Source of the DNA: Phycisphaeraceae bacterium
Lineage (GTDB): Bacteria > Planctomycetota > Phycisphaerae > Phycisphaerales > Phycisphaeraceae
Assembly (NCBI GenBank): GCA_963674705.1
Contig: OY771506.1
Coordinates: 704,001-768,000 of the forward strand
Direction of reading: 5' to 3'
Length of the DNA stretch: 64,000 nucleotides
Shown: piece after piece, positions 63,969 to 64,000 of the stretch
How positions within the stretch are numbered: position 1 is the first letter of the stretch
Layout of the letters: every line of letters starts with the position of its first letter
Translations under genes and position numbers: made by a program
The notes under the pieces: generated by a model
Seen by the model: only the letters and a program-made list of their open reading frames with translations
Told to the model about the DNA's origin: nothing
The model's database searches: none

Positions 63969-63998
63969 GCCGCAGGCGGAAGCCTGCGGTTTTTCTTT
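63969..63998 (+). terminator. Rho-independent terminator
   Basis: gccgcaggc-ggaa-gcctgcggt-ttttctt. Confidence 0.85.
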
Positions 63999-64000
63999 GG

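Overview
GC-rich bacterial chromosomal segment, most likely from a planctomycete of the Phycisphaerae. This rests on the PEP-CTERM proteins (one with a dockerin-like repeat), a prepilin/H-X9-DG protein, a MoxR-DUF58-BatA-VWA-DUF4159 cluster and an ECF sigma/anti-sigma/PDZ triad. Housekeeping genes include trmB, xth, gltBD with a LysR regulator, cls, holB, a ferredoxin-NADP reductase, two dacB paralogues, spmAB and an LD-carboxypeptidase. I recognised no rRNA, tRNA, CRISPR array, transposase or integrase. Main findings: (1) a Dlt-like envelope-acylation operon (ACP, VOC epimerase-like, methyltransferase, FkbH, MBOAT, a 43-aa DltX-like peptide ending FFYQGF that the ORF track misses, and a DltD-like SGNH protein), probably transferring a modified glyceryl group; (2) a ThrL-like leader peptide with a full attenuator at the window start; (3) a ~35-bp palindromic repeat family with heptamer arrays, one copy inserted in frame inside a nitrilase-family gene; (4) an ankyrin gene bracketed by identical 36-bp direct repeats; (5) an inversion of strand base composition near 21-23 kb. 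All family assignments come from motif recognition by eye, not from database searches.
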